A stretch of 64,000 nucleotides of DNA. Source: Acidobacteriaceae bacterium. GTDB lineage: Bacteria; Acidobacteriota; Terriglobia; Terriglobales; Acidobacteriaceae. Below are positions 22,067 through 31,049 of this stretch, piece by piece. The stretch spans positions 28,734-92,733 of the forward strand of contig DATASQ010000050.1 in assembly GCA_036269135.1 (NCBI GenBank), given 5' to 3'. The notes below the pieces were generated by a model. It was given only the letters and a program-made list of their open reading frames with translations. It made no database searches and was not told the origin of the DNA. Each line of letters opens with the position of its first letter. Within the stretch, counting starts at the first letter, position 1. Position numbers and translations under genes: made by a program.

Positions 22067-23202
22067 GCCCGGATCTCCAGCATGCGATCCAGCGCCACCC
22101 GCGCCCAGTGCTTCACGTCGTCGCGCACCTGGATGCGATTCACCACGCGCCCCTCGATCAGATTTTCCAGCGCCCACGCCAGATGCTGGGGGCTGATGCG
22201 ATACATGGTCGTGCACAGGCAGCCCGTGTCGTCGAGGGTGACGATGGTCTTCCCCAGCGGAGCAAACCGCTCCGCCAGCCGATGCACCAGGTGGATCTCC
22301 GTCCCGATGGCAAAGCTCGTTCCCTTTGGCGCGTCGTCAACCAGGCGGATCAGCCGCTCGGTCGATCCCAGCGCGTCGGCTTTCTCGCAAACTTCCAGAC
22401 GGCACTCCGGGTGCACGATCACCTGAATGCCCGGGTATTTCGCGCGCACTTTGTCGACGTGCTCCGGCAGAAAGCGCTGATGCACCGAGCAGTGGCCCTT
22501 CCACAAAATCACCCGGGCTGCCTGCATCTGCGCCGCCGCGAGGCCGCCGTTTAGTTGCCAGGGATCGTAGACGACCATATCGCTCAGAGGAATGCCCATG
22601 GCATGGCCGGTGTTGCGCCCCAGATGCTGATCGGGCAGGAAGAGGATCTTCTTGGCCCGGGCAAAGGCCCAGTCAAAAGCCGCCCGCGCATTGGACGAGG
22701 TGCAGACCAGCCCGCCACGCTCGCCACAGAACGCCTTGATGGCCGCCGAGGAGTTCATGTAGGTCAGCGGCAGAATGTCATCGGCTGCGACGCCCGACCG
22801 CAGCAGGCTCTCCCAGCAGGTTTCCACCTGCCCGATCTCCGCCATATCGGCCATGGAGCACCCGGCATGCAGGTCCGGCAGGATGACCTGCTGTCCCTCA
22901 CGCGCCAGAATGTCGGCGCTCTCCGCCATGAAGTGCACGCCGCAAAAGACGATGGTGCGCGCGTCGGTCTCCGCTGCGACCTTCGAAAGCTTGTAGGAAT
23001 CGCCGGTGAAATCGGCGAAGCGAATCACTTCGTCGCGCTGATAGTGGTGGCCGAGCAGGATGGTCGTCGTGCCCAGAACGCGGCGAGCTGCCGCAATACG
23101 CGCGTCCATGGTGTGATCCGGCAGAACGAGATAGCTGTCCAGGGAACAACTCTCCGCTTCAACGGACACGGGAGCGAGAACTGTTTCTTCCAATACGCTC
23201 AA
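22063..23202 (-). CDS. nadA: Quinolinate synthase
   Basis: 'LLGHHYQRDEV', 'GVHFMAESADIL', 'HAGCSMADMA', 'GTEIHLVHRL', 'GCLCTTMYRI' (Fe-S cysteines). TTG start. Confidence 0.9.
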   Translation of the reverse strand: MSVLEETVLAPVSVEAESCSLDSYLVLPDHTMDARIAAARRVLGTTTILLGHHYQRDEVIRFADFTGDSYKLSKVAAETDARTIVFCGVHFMAESADILAREGQQVILPDLHAGCSMADMAEIGQVETCWESLLRSGVAADDILPLTYMNSSAAIKAFCGERGGLVCTSSNARAAFDWAFARAKKILFLPDQHLGRNTGHAMGIPLSDMVVYDPWQLNGGLAAAQMQAARVILWKGHCSVHQRFLPEHVDKVRAKYPGIQVIVHPECRLEVCEKADALGSTERLIRLVDDAPKGTSFAIGTEIHLVHRLAERFAPLGKTIVTLDDTGCLCTTMYRISPQHLAWALENLIEGRVVNRIQVRDDVKHWARVALDRMLEIRA

Positions 23203-23210
23203 AATATGCC

Positions 23211-23331
23211 GCCTTCAGTCCGTTCGGATTTGCCGAATCTGGACGGGGATGTTGAAAGCCAAACCCGGCTGCAGTCGGCTCGCTGCGGCCGCTCACGGGA
23301 GCGTCCACCCAGCCAACGGGGATGTTGCAGC
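23211..23331 (-). promoter_or_regulatory. Class I NAD+ riboswitch (nadA motif), two tandem domains in the nadA 5' UTR
   Basis: On the minus strand, CAACAUCCCCGU occurs twice, 73 nt apart. Each copy directly follows a P1 5' arm: domain 1 GCUGC...GCAGC (23282-23331), domain 2 GCUUUC...GAAGGC (23211-23259). The 3' arm of the domain 2 P1 (GAAGGC) is the nadA Shine-Dalgarno, 9 nt before the TTG start. Confidence 0.7.
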
Positions 23332-23623
23332 CTCTGCATCTTTAGACGTGCCGACCCGGGAATGAGTCGCAGAAACGCCCGGCCCGACGGCTCGTCGTTC
23401 GTTCAGTTTACTGCAGGCGCGCTTCGTCCGGTCCCTGGTGGCCGCACGCTTCCTGAGTACCGTCGTCATATCCGTCGCGCCGCGTGGCGGGCAGGCCGCT
23501 CCAATTGCAATGGCGGATCGCTCCGCGCACCGCCCTGGCAGTATCCCGGTCCCGAGGCCCCACGCCGCCAGTTCCCGGCCTTCCTTGTGAGCCCCCAATC
23601 GCGGCGGGTATCATGGACTCTTC

Positions 23624-24178
23624 ATGCATTTCGGCGACTACACCTTTATCTTCCTGCTGGCGCTCGTGCTCTTCGGGCCGAAAAAGCTGCCGGAGATCGG
23701 CAGACAGCTGGGCAAGCTGCTCGCCGAGTTCCGCCGCGCCAGCAATGAGTTTAAGTTCCAGATTCAGGAAGAGTTGCGGAACATGGAAGACGAGGAGCGC
23801 CGGAAAAAGGCTGCGGAGCTGGAGGCCGCACGGACCGTGGCCGCGGCCAGCGATTCCGTTCCGCCCGAGGCTGCGCTCCCGGCCAGCACCGGGCCGACGA
23901 TCCTGCCGCCCTCGATCGGAGCCCCCGTGAGCGCGTCGAAACCCTTTGCCATTCCCGCGGCCGTGGATGCCGGCGACAGCTCCTTAGCCCCTCCGGAAAC
24001 GGAGGTCGGCGTCGAACCTCCCGTCGCCACCGAGACGAGCCTGCCGTTACCGGTTACGTCCCTCCTCCCGAGCGAGCTTGATCGCCCGGCCCACATCGAT
24101 CTCTCCGAAGCGGCTCCGAGCGAATCCGGGAACGGCATGCATGTCCCCGTAGAGGAAGCGGCCGCCCACCATGACTGA
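23624..24178 (+). CDS. tatA: Twin-arginine translocase TatA/TatB-family subunit (long acidic/Pro-rich tail)
   Basis: 'FIFLLALVLFGPKKLPEIGRQLGKLLAEFRRA' is the canonical TatA/B TM plus amphipathic helix. 184 aa. Confidence 0.85.
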   Translation: MHFGDYTFIFLLALVLFGPKKLPEIGRQLGKLLAEFRRASNEFKFQIQEELRNMEDEERRKKAAELEAARTVAAASDSVPPEAALPASTGPTILPPSIGAPVSASKPFAIPAAVDAGDSSLAPPETEVGVEPPVATETSLPLPVTSLLPSELDRPAHIDLSEAAPSESGNGMHVPVEEAAAHHD

Positions 24179-24974
24179 TCTCGTCGATCGCGCCCGCGCC
24201 GCGGTCACGGAGCGCGCCGAACTGCCGGGCATGAGCCTCCTCCAGCATCTCGAGGAGCTGCGCAAGCGCGTCATCCGCGCCGCCATTTACCTCATCGCCG
24301 CCTTCTTTCTCTGCTGGGGATTTCACGAACGCATTTACGGATTCATGGAGAGGCCGGTCAAGTTCGCGCTGGCACAGCATCACCTGTCCACGCAGCTGAA
24401 CTACCTCAATCCCATGGATCCCTTCAACATGTATCTGAAGATCACCTTCCTGGCCGGCTGCGTTCTTGCCTGCCCGTTCGTGCTGTACGAAGTGTGGCTC
24501 TTCATCTCGCCGGGGCTCTACCAGAACGAGAAGCGCTACGTCGTTCCGTTTATGACGGCGACCATTCTGCTCTTCCTCGCCGGCGCTTTCTTCGGCTACC
24601 GCTGGGTCTATCCGGGTTCGCTCGACTTTCTCCTCAGCTTCAACAAGGACTTTCACCCGGTCATTGAGATCAATGAGTACACCGATTTGTTTCTCACGGT
24701 GATCCTGGGCCTCGGCGTCACCTTTGAGCTGCCAATCCTGGTCATGTTCCTCTCGCTGTTCGGCATCGTCTCGCCGAAGTTCCTGTGGAAGAACCTGCGT
24801 TACGCAATTCTGATCATCTTTATCATCGCGGCGATCATTACTCCCACCCCCGACGTGCTGACCATGTGCGTTTTTGCCACGCCCATGCTGACGCTCTACC
24901 TCATCAGCATCGGCGTCTCCTGGTTTGTGCATCCGGCCCAGCGTAAAAAACGATCCGCAAAGGCGAACTCGTGA
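24171..24974 (+). CDS. tatC: Twin-arginine translocase subunit TatC
   Basis: 'MSLLQHLEELRKRVI', six predicted TM helices, 8-nt overlap with tatA. Confidence 0.95.
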   Translation: MTDLVDRARAAVTERAELPGMSLLQHLEELRKRVIRAAIYLIAAFFLCWGFHERIYGFMERPVKFALAQHHLSTQLNYLNPMDPFNMYLKITFLAGCVLACPFVLYEVWLFISPGLYQNEKRYVVPFMTATILLFLAGAFFGYRWVYPGSLDFLLSFNKDFHPVIEINEYTDLFLTVILGLGVTFELPILVMFLSLFGIVSPKFLWKNLRYAILIIFIIAAIITPTPDVLTMCVFATPMLTLYLISIGVSWFVHPAQRKKRSAKANS

Positions 24975-25864
24975 GAAAAGCGGTTCTCTTCCCACTTCTG
25001 ACTGTGATGGTTTTCCTCACCGCCGCGCGCGCCGACACGCTGCCGCAGTTTGACGGCGCCCGCGCGCTCGCCTACACCCGCCAGTATGTGGACACCACCG
25101 GGCCCCGCTGGATCGGCAGCCCCGGCCATGCCAAAGCCGAGGCGTTTCTGAAAAACGAGTTCCGTCACGACGACCTGGAAGAAGACACTTTCACGACCAA
25201 TACCCCCGCGGGCCCGATGACCATGCATAACTTCATCGTCAAGTTCCCGGGCAGGAAGGACGGCATCATCGTCCTCGCCTCCCATTACGAGACGAATTAC
25301 CCGCTGCGCAATATCCATTACGTCGGCGCGAACGACGGCGGCTCAACCACCGGCCTGCTGATCGAGATGGCGAATTACTTCCGCGGCCATACCCTCGACG
25401 GCTACAGCGTCTGGCTGGTTTTCACCGATGGCGAAGAGGCCGTCAAAAGCTGGAGCGACAGCGATTCGGTCTATGGCAGCAAGCATCTGGCCGCGAAATG
25501 GGCGGCCGACGGCACCCTGAAGCACATCAAGGCCTTCATCCTGGCCGACATGCTCGGCGACAAGGATCTGGACGTGCAGCGCGATCTCAACTCCACGCCC
25601 TGGCTCGAAGACCTGGTCTACAAGGCCGCCAGCCAATATGGATGGCAGTCGTTCTTCTTCCAGCGCTCAACGTACGACGAAGACGATCACATTCCCTTCG
25701 TGCATCGCGGCGTCCCCTGCGCTGACCTCATCGACCTGGACTACGGCTATGACAATTCTTACTGGCATACCGCCCAGGACACGCTGGACAAGATCAGCGC
25801 ACAGAGCCTGACCATTGCCGGCGACACCATCCTTGAGACCATCCGCCTGCTCAACCAGCGATAG
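24971..25864 (+). CDS. Secreted M28-family metallopeptidase (glutaminyl-cyclase-like)
   Basis: Signal peptide 'AVLFPLLTVMVFLTAARA'. 'ASHYET', 'GANDGGSTTGLLIE', 'VWLVFTDGEEA', 'DDHIPF'. GTGA overlap with the tatC stop. Confidence 0.8.
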   Translation: MRKAVLFPLLTVMVFLTAARADTLPQFDGARALAYTRQYVDTTGPRWIGSPGHAKAEAFLKNEFRHDDLEEDTFTTNTPAGPMTMHNFIVKFPGRKDGIIVLASHYETNYPLRNIHYVGANDGGSTTGLLIEMANYFRGHTLDGYSVWLVFTDGEEAVKSWSDSDSVYGSKHLAAKWAADGTLKHIKAFILADMLGDKDLDVQRDLNSTPWLEDLVYKAASQYGWQSFFFQRSTYDEDDHIPFVHRGVPCADLIDLDYGYDNSYWHTAQDTLDKISAQSLTIAGDTILETIRLLNQR

Positions 25865-25869
25865 GCACG

Positions 25870-26778
25870 ATGCCCAGCCACTGGCTTCCCTTCTCCGTCC
25901 TGGTGGTGGCGCTGCTCCTCGTCGACCTGGTGCTGCTGCAGCGTCGGGGGCGCCGCATCTCCGTCCGCATGGCGTGGATCTGGACCCTCGTCCTGGCGCT
26001 CATCGCCTTTGGCTACGCCGGGTTCATCGCATCCACAACCGGCAGGCAGCGGGCGCTGGAGTTCATCACCGGCTACCTCATCGAAGGCTCGCTCAGCATC
26101 GACAATCTGTTTGTCTTCCTGCTGCTCTTCCGCTCCCTCAAGCTGGGCGAAGAGCAGCAGCGCCGCGTGCTTTTATGGGGCGTGCTGGGAGCAATTTTCC
26201 TGCGCGGCGTGCTCATCCTGGCGGGAACCACGCTGCTGGAGCGCTTCGTCTGGGTGCAATATGCCTTTGGCGCCATTCTTGCGTTTGCCGCCGTGCGCCT
26301 GCTTCTCGCCAAGCCCGGCGTGGCTCCGGTGCGCGGGCCCGTGCGTATGGTGCGCGACTGCTGCCTGCGCTGGACTGACGGCGCGCACCTGGCGCTTCGC
26401 TCGCTGCTGCTGGTGATCCTGGCCGTCGAGGTCACGGACCTGATCTTCGCGCTGGACTCAATCCCCGCGGTTCTGGCCGTCACGCGCGATCCCTGGATCG
26501 CTTTCACCTCGAACATCTTCGCCGTGCTCGGGCTGCGGTCGCTCTATTTTGCGCTCGCCTCTGTGCTGGACCGCTTTCACCTGCTGCACTACGGTCTCGC
26601 CTGCATCCTGGGCTTCGTCGCTTTCAAGATGCTGGCCGAACGCTGGATCGTCGTGCCGGTGGTCTGGTCCCTGGCCATCATTGTCGGCATTCTGATCGTA
26701 TTCGCGGTCGCCAGCCGGCTCGTTCCGCAGAACACTGCACCCGCAGATGCAGCCCCGTTCAAAACGCCTCGAGCGTGA
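25870..26778 (+). CDS. TerC-family integral membrane protein
   Basis: 'FITGYLIEGSLSIDNLFVFLLLF' and 'LDSIPAVLAVTRDPWIAFTSNIFAVLGLRSLYF', the duplicated TerC motifs. Confidence 0.85.
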   Translation: MPSHWLPFSVLVVALLLVDLVLLQRRGRRISVRMAWIWTLVLALIAFGYAGFIASTTGRQRALEFITGYLIEGSLSIDNLFVFLLLFRSLKLGEEQQRRVLLWGVLGAIFLRGVLILAGTTLLERFVWVQYAFGAILAFAAVRLLLAKPGVAPVRGPVRMVRDCCLRWTDGAHLALRSLLLVILAVEVTDLIFALDSIPAVLAVTRDPWIAFTSNIFAVLGLRSLYFALASVLDRFHLLHYGLACILGFVAFKMLAERWIVVPVVWSLAIIVGILIVFAVASRLVPQNTAPADAAPFKTPRA

Positions 26779-28327
26779 CCTGATCCTGGCGAATTACCGA
26801 GTGCTTTTGGAACCGCGCATCGTCGCGCTCCGGGAAATCGTTGCGGAAATGCGCGCCGCGGCTCTCCTCCCGCGCCAGTGCGGACCGCAGGATCAGCTCG
26901 GCCACCGTCTGCAGATTGCGGAGTTCCAGCAGCGCCCGGTTTGACTGCCGTGGGATTTCAGCGCAAAGAGCGCGAATCTCGGCCAGACCTGCCTGCAACT
27001 CCGCGGCATCCCGCAGCAATCCGGCTTTTTGCCACATCGACTGTTGCAATTTCTGCCGCGCCTCTGCGAAATCAATCGCCGGCCCGGCTTCCCCGCACGG
27101 CTCCGGACTCTTCTGCGCTGCGCGAGGCATTTCCCCGCTCATCGCCCCCGCCGCCCGCGCCCCGAAAACCAGTCCTTCCAGCAGCGAATTGCTGGCCAGC
27201 CGGTTGGCTCCGTGCACGCCCGTGCAGGCGGCCTCTCCGGCGGCATAAAGTCCCTTCAGCGATGTCCGCCCCTGCACGTCCGTCCGCACACCGCCCATGA
27301 GATAGTGCGCGGCCGGCCGAACCGGGATCGAGTCTCGGCGCAAATCCAGCCCGTATTCCCCGAGAAACTTCGATATGCCGGGAAACCGCGTGTGCGGGTC
27401 GATCCCCGTCACGTGCCGCATGTCCAGATACACCGGCAGCGTCACGCCCTCCGGCCCCATTGCTTCGCGGGTGATGGCTCGCGCCACCACATCGCGCGGC
27501 GCCAGTTCCAGCAGCGCATGATATCGCTCCATGAAGCGCTCGCCCCGCGCGTTGCGCAGATACGCGCCCTCGCCGCGCAGCGCCTCCGACAACAGAAACC
27601 GCGGCACCCCCGGCAGGCTTAGCGCGGTGGGATGAAACTGGTAGAACTCCATGTCGGCGATGGCGGCCCCGGCTCGATACGCCATCGCAATCCCGTCCCC
27701 GGTGGCCACAGCCGGGTTAGTCGTGTCGCTGTAAACCTGGCCCGCGCCGCCGCTGGCCAGCAGCACCGCCCGCGCGCGGACATCGCTCACCCCGCCCGCG
27801 CGATCCAGCAGCCGCACACCGGTGACTGCGCCGTCCTCTGTAATCAGATCGACGGTCGTCGTCCACTCCAGCAGCGTGATCCGCTCCATGGCGCGCGCAT
27901 GCCGCAGCAGCGACCGCCCAATCTCCGCACCGGTGGCATCGCCGTGCGCGTGCAGGATGCGATTGCGGCTGTGCGCGCCCTCGCGCGTCAGCATCAGCTT
28001 GCCCGCCTCGCGGTCGAAATCCGTGCCCCAGCGCAGGAGCTCCTCCACGCGCAGCGGGCCTTCCTCCACCAGCACGCGGGCCGCGGCGCGATTCACCAGG
28101 CCATCGCCTGCATTCACGGTGTCTTCCAGATGCAGCGCCACGTCGTCCGCGCCGCTCATGGCTACCGCAATCCCGCCCTGCGCGTAATGCGTGTTCGATT
28201 CGCCCAGCGCTTCCTTGGTCACGACCAGCACGCGCGCCCCCTCCGCGGCCAGGCCGATCGCCGCGCGCAGACCGGCGATTCCCGCGCCGACCACGATGAA
28301 ATCCGCTGGCTGTGCTTCAGGGTTCAA
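26759..28327 (-). CDS. nadB: L-aspartate oxidase
   Basis: FAD site 'VVGAGIAGL', 'HYAQGGIA', 'HPTAL', 'HYLMGGV', 'ANRLASNSLLEGLVFG'. The 3' end overlaps the terC 3' end by 20 nt. Confidence 0.95.
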   Translation of the reverse strand: MNPEAQPADFIVVGAGIAGLRAAIGLAAEGARVLVVTKEALGESNTHYAQGGIAVAMSGADDVALHLEDTVNAGDGLVNRAAARVLVEEGPLRVEELLRWGTDFDREAGKLMLTREGAHSRNRILHAHGDATGAEIGRSLLRHARAMERITLLEWTTTVDLITEDGAVTGVRLLDRAGGVSDVRARAVLLASGGAGQVYSDTTNPAVATGDGIAMAYRAGAAIADMEFYQFHPTALSLPGVPRFLLSEALRGEGAYLRNARGERFMERYHALLELAPRDVVARAITREAMGPEGVTLPVYLDMRHVTGIDPHTRFPGISKFLGEYGLDLRRDSIPVRPAAHYLMGGVRTDVQGRTSLKGLYAAGEAACTGVHGANRLASNSLLEGLVFGARAAGAMSGEMPRAAQKSPEPCGEAGPAIDFAEARQKLQQSMWQKAGLLRDAAELQAGLAEIRALCAEIPRQSNRALLELRNLQTVAELILRSALAREESRGAHFRNDFPERDDARFQKHSVIRQDQVTLEAF

Positions 28328-28417
28328 TACGAATAGGATTCCAGAAGTCCGATTCCCGATTCAAGGCAGGATTGTCGCTTGAGCGAGTCTATCGTCTCCT
28401 GCCCTGATAATGGTTCT

Positions 28418-30871
28418 ATGCCGTTGCTGCCGGAGATTCCGCAGGGCATCTCGCCCGGGTCCGCCCTCGAATGGGACAAGTTCGTCTCGTTCCTTGGCGC
28501 GTACGCGCGGTCGGCGCTGGGTCGCGCGTGGATTACTGCCCTGGTTCCCTCCGCCGATCGCGAGTGGATTCTGCGACAGCAGCAGAGGACAGGCGAGCTG
28601 CGGCTTCTGCTTGCCGCCGGAGTCATGCCGCAGCTGCGCTCGCTCTTCGATCCCTCGGACGTGCTGGCGAAGGCGCGCATCGAAGGCGTGGCTCTCGAAT
28701 CGGAGGAGCTGCGCGCCGTCATTGCCCTTGCCGAGGAGATCACCACCTGGACCGAGGTAATGCGCACTCCGCCGGAGAACACCCGGGATCGGCTCCCGGA
28801 GCTGACCGCGCTCGCACAGCCTTTGCTCGCGACCAGCCTGCATCCGCTCACGGAGAGCCTGCGTACGAAGCTTCTGCCGGACGGCACGCTGACCGATGAT
28901 GCGTCGCCGGAGCTGCGGCGCATCCGGCGCGAGATCGAGCGCCAGCAGCGTTCCATTGAGGAGAGCCTGCGCGCCGCCCTGCGGCGCTTCTCCGAAGGCG
29001 GCACCGCGCAGGACGAGCTGATCACGATTCGCGGCGAACGCTTCGTCATTCCCGTCAAGGTGGAATCGAAGCGGCGTGTGCAGGGTGTGGTTCACGGCGC
29101 CAGCTCCAGCGGCCAAACCGTCTATGTGGAGCCGCTCGAGACCATCGAGCTGAACAACGATCTCGTGCGGCTGCTCGAAGAGGAGCAGGCCGAGATTCAT
29201 CGCATCTTCCTGCACATGACGCGGCAGATCGCGCAGCATTCCGACGGGATTTTGGCCGGGGCGACGGTGCTGGCCGAGGTCGACACGCTGCAGGCGCGAG
29301 CCCGCTTCGCCCGGGAATATGACTGCGCCCCGCCGCGCTTTGCCGAAGCGGCCATGCCCGAATTCCGCCTGAAGAACGCCCGCCATCCGCTGCTGGAGCG
29401 GCGCCTGCGCTCGGAGTCGAAGACGATTGTGCCGATCAGTCTGGAACTGGCCGGCGCGAATCGGCAGCTCATCATCAGCGGCCCCAACACCGGCGGCAAG
29501 TCCGTAACCCTCAAGACCACCGGCCTTCTGTCCATGATGGCTCAGGCCGGCGTTCCTGTGCCCGCCGACGAACTGGTGAGCCCGGTCTTCGATGCCTTTC
29601 TCGCGGACATCGGCGACGCCCAGTCCATCGAGCAGGACCTGTCCACCTTTTCCGCGCATGTCACGAATCTGAACCGCATCGCAGCTCAGGCGACGGCGCA
29701 GTCCCTGGTTCTCCTCGACGAGCTGGGCTCGGCGACGGATCCGGAAGAAGGCTCGGCTCTGGCCGTTGCCGTGGCCGAGCATTTTCTGCAGGCCCGCGCC
29801 TGGTCCATCGTCTCCACGCACCTCACCGCGCTCAAAGTCTATGCGGAGAACACCCCGGGCGCCGTGAACGCCGCCGTAGGTTTCAACGAGGCGACGCTCG
29901 CCCCGACCTACGAGCTGCGCCTGGGCGTGCCGGGCGCCTCCGCCGGCATCAACATCGCGCAACGCCTGGGACTGAGCCCGTCCATCGTTCAGGCTGCGCA
30001 CGCCCGGCTGAGCACCCAGACCCAGGACATCGCGCGTTTTCTCGACAGCCTGCACGAGCAACTGGCCGCACTGGACCAGGAACGCATCCGGGTACGGCGC
30101 CTGGAGCAGGATTTGGCCCAGGAGCGCGCTCGGCTCTCGGTTGAAGGCATGAAGGAATGGCGCGCCAAGGTGCGCGACCTGGAGACCCAGCTGCAGTCGC
30201 TGCTGAAGAACTTCGAATTCCAGACGCGCGAGACGGTACGCGCCATCGAGGACCGCGCAGCGCAGCAAAAGCTCTCGAAGGAGGCCGAGCGCCGCATCGC
30301 CCGCCTGCGCCGCGAGTTCTCCGAAAGCTTCAACACCGCGGTGGTGGCCCAGCACACCGGTGCGGATCGCGGCGACCAGAACGCCCAGCCCCATATCGTC
30401 CGCCATGTGGCGGAAGGAGACACCGTGAAGCTGCGGACCCTGGGAAAGACAGCGGTGGTCCGGCGGCAGATCGACGACAAGACCTTCGAGGTGGCCGTCG
30501 GCCCGATGAAGATGCGGATCGCGCGCGACGAGATCGCCGAAGTGATCCCGGCCGCGCGCCAGGCGACCCCTCTGGAGTCAGCCCGCCGGCGCGGCATCAC
30601 CGTCACTGTAGCCGAGCCGGACGCGATGAGCAGCGAGATCAACGTCATCGGACGCACCGCGGACGAAGCGCAGGATGCGGTAGAGAAGTTCCTGGATCGC
30701 GCCTTCCTCGCCGGCCTGCCCCGCATCCGCATCATTCACGGAACCGGGATGGGCGTGCTGCGGCGCACCCTGCGCGCCTGGCTGGAGCGCCATCCCCAGG
30801 TCGCCTCGGTCACCGAGCCCAGCCAGAACGAAGGGGGCGCCGGCGCCACCGTGGTGGAGTTGCGCCAGTAG
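28418..30871 (+). CDS. mutS2: Endonuclease MutS2 (MutS domain plus C-terminal Smr)
   Basis: Walker A 'GPNTGGKSV', 'LLDELGSATDP', Smr 'INVIGRTADEA...RIIHGTGMGVLR'. ATG 28418 is preferred over TTG 28379. Start uncertain. Confidence 0.9.
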   Translation: MPLLPEIPQGISPGSALEWDKFVSFLGAYARSALGRAWITALVPSADREWILRQQQRTGELRLLLAAGVMPQLRSLFDPSDVLAKARIEGVALESEELRAVIALAEEITTWTEVMRTPPENTRDRLPELTALAQPLLATSLHPLTESLRTKLLPDGTLTDDASPELRRIRREIERQQRSIEESLRAALRRFSEGGTAQDELITIRGERFVIPVKVESKRRVQGVVHGASSSGQTVYVEPLETIELNNDLVRLLEEEQAEIHRIFLHMTRQIAQHSDGILAGATVLAEVDTLQARARFAREYDCAPPRFAEAAMPEFRLKNARHPLLERRLRSESKTIVPISLELAGANRQLIISGPNTGGKSVTLKTTGLLSMMAQAGVPVPADELVSPVFDAFLADIGDAQSIEQDLSTFSAHVTNLNRIAAQATAQSLVLLDELGSATDPEEGSALAVAVAEHFLQARAWSIVSTHLTALKVYAENTPGAVNAAVGFNEATLAPTYELRLGVPGASAGINIAQRLGLSPSIVQAAHARLSTQTQDIARFLDSLHEQLAALDQERIRVRRLEQDLAQERARLSVEGMKEWRAKVRDLETQLQSLLKNFEFQTRETVRAIEDRAAQQKLSKEAERRIARLRREFSESFNTAVVAQHTGADRGDQNAQPHIVRHVAEGDTVKLRTLGKTAVVRRQIDDKTFEVAVGPMKMRIARDEIAEVIPAARQATPLESARRRGITVTVAEPDAMSSEINVIGRTADEAQDAVEKFLDRAFLAGLPRIRIIHGTGMGVLRRTLRAWLERHPQVASVTEPSQNEGGAGATVVELRQ

Positions 30872-31049
30872 CCGCATCCGCTTCCCCCAGCCCGGTTCTC
30901 CCCAACCGCAATCTGCATCCAACCCGTCCAGCCAAACGGGGCGGCTGGGCCGGGCCGTGATTGTGAGGCCAATTAACGTTGCTGCAGGAATCTGTTGACG
31001 CACCCCGCCGAAAAATGGCAGCATCGGCTCGGATGGGTTGAGGAACGGC

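Noticed and set aside
23504-23511. A fourth ATTGCAAT palindrome in the nadA/tatA intergenic region
   Set aside because: A single 8-mer occurrence in 64 kb is compatible with chance and is far from vapBC. Not treated as a VapB site.
23585-23626. Possible sigma-70-like promoter TTGTGA-N18-TATCAT ending 9 nt before the tatA ATG, which would imply a leaderless tatA mRNA
   Set aside because: The spacer is 18 nt, acidobacterial promoter consensus is poorly defined, and the match could be chance. It cannot be supported without transcription start-site data.
26759-26778. 20-nt overlap of the convergent terC and nadB 3' ends
   Set aside because: Real in the sequence, but convergent end overlaps are common in compact genomes. 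No extra structure or conservation argument is available.
28361-30406. 681-aa minus-strand ORF
   Set aside because: Antisense to mutS2 (Walker A and Smr motifs on the plus strand). No recognisable domains.
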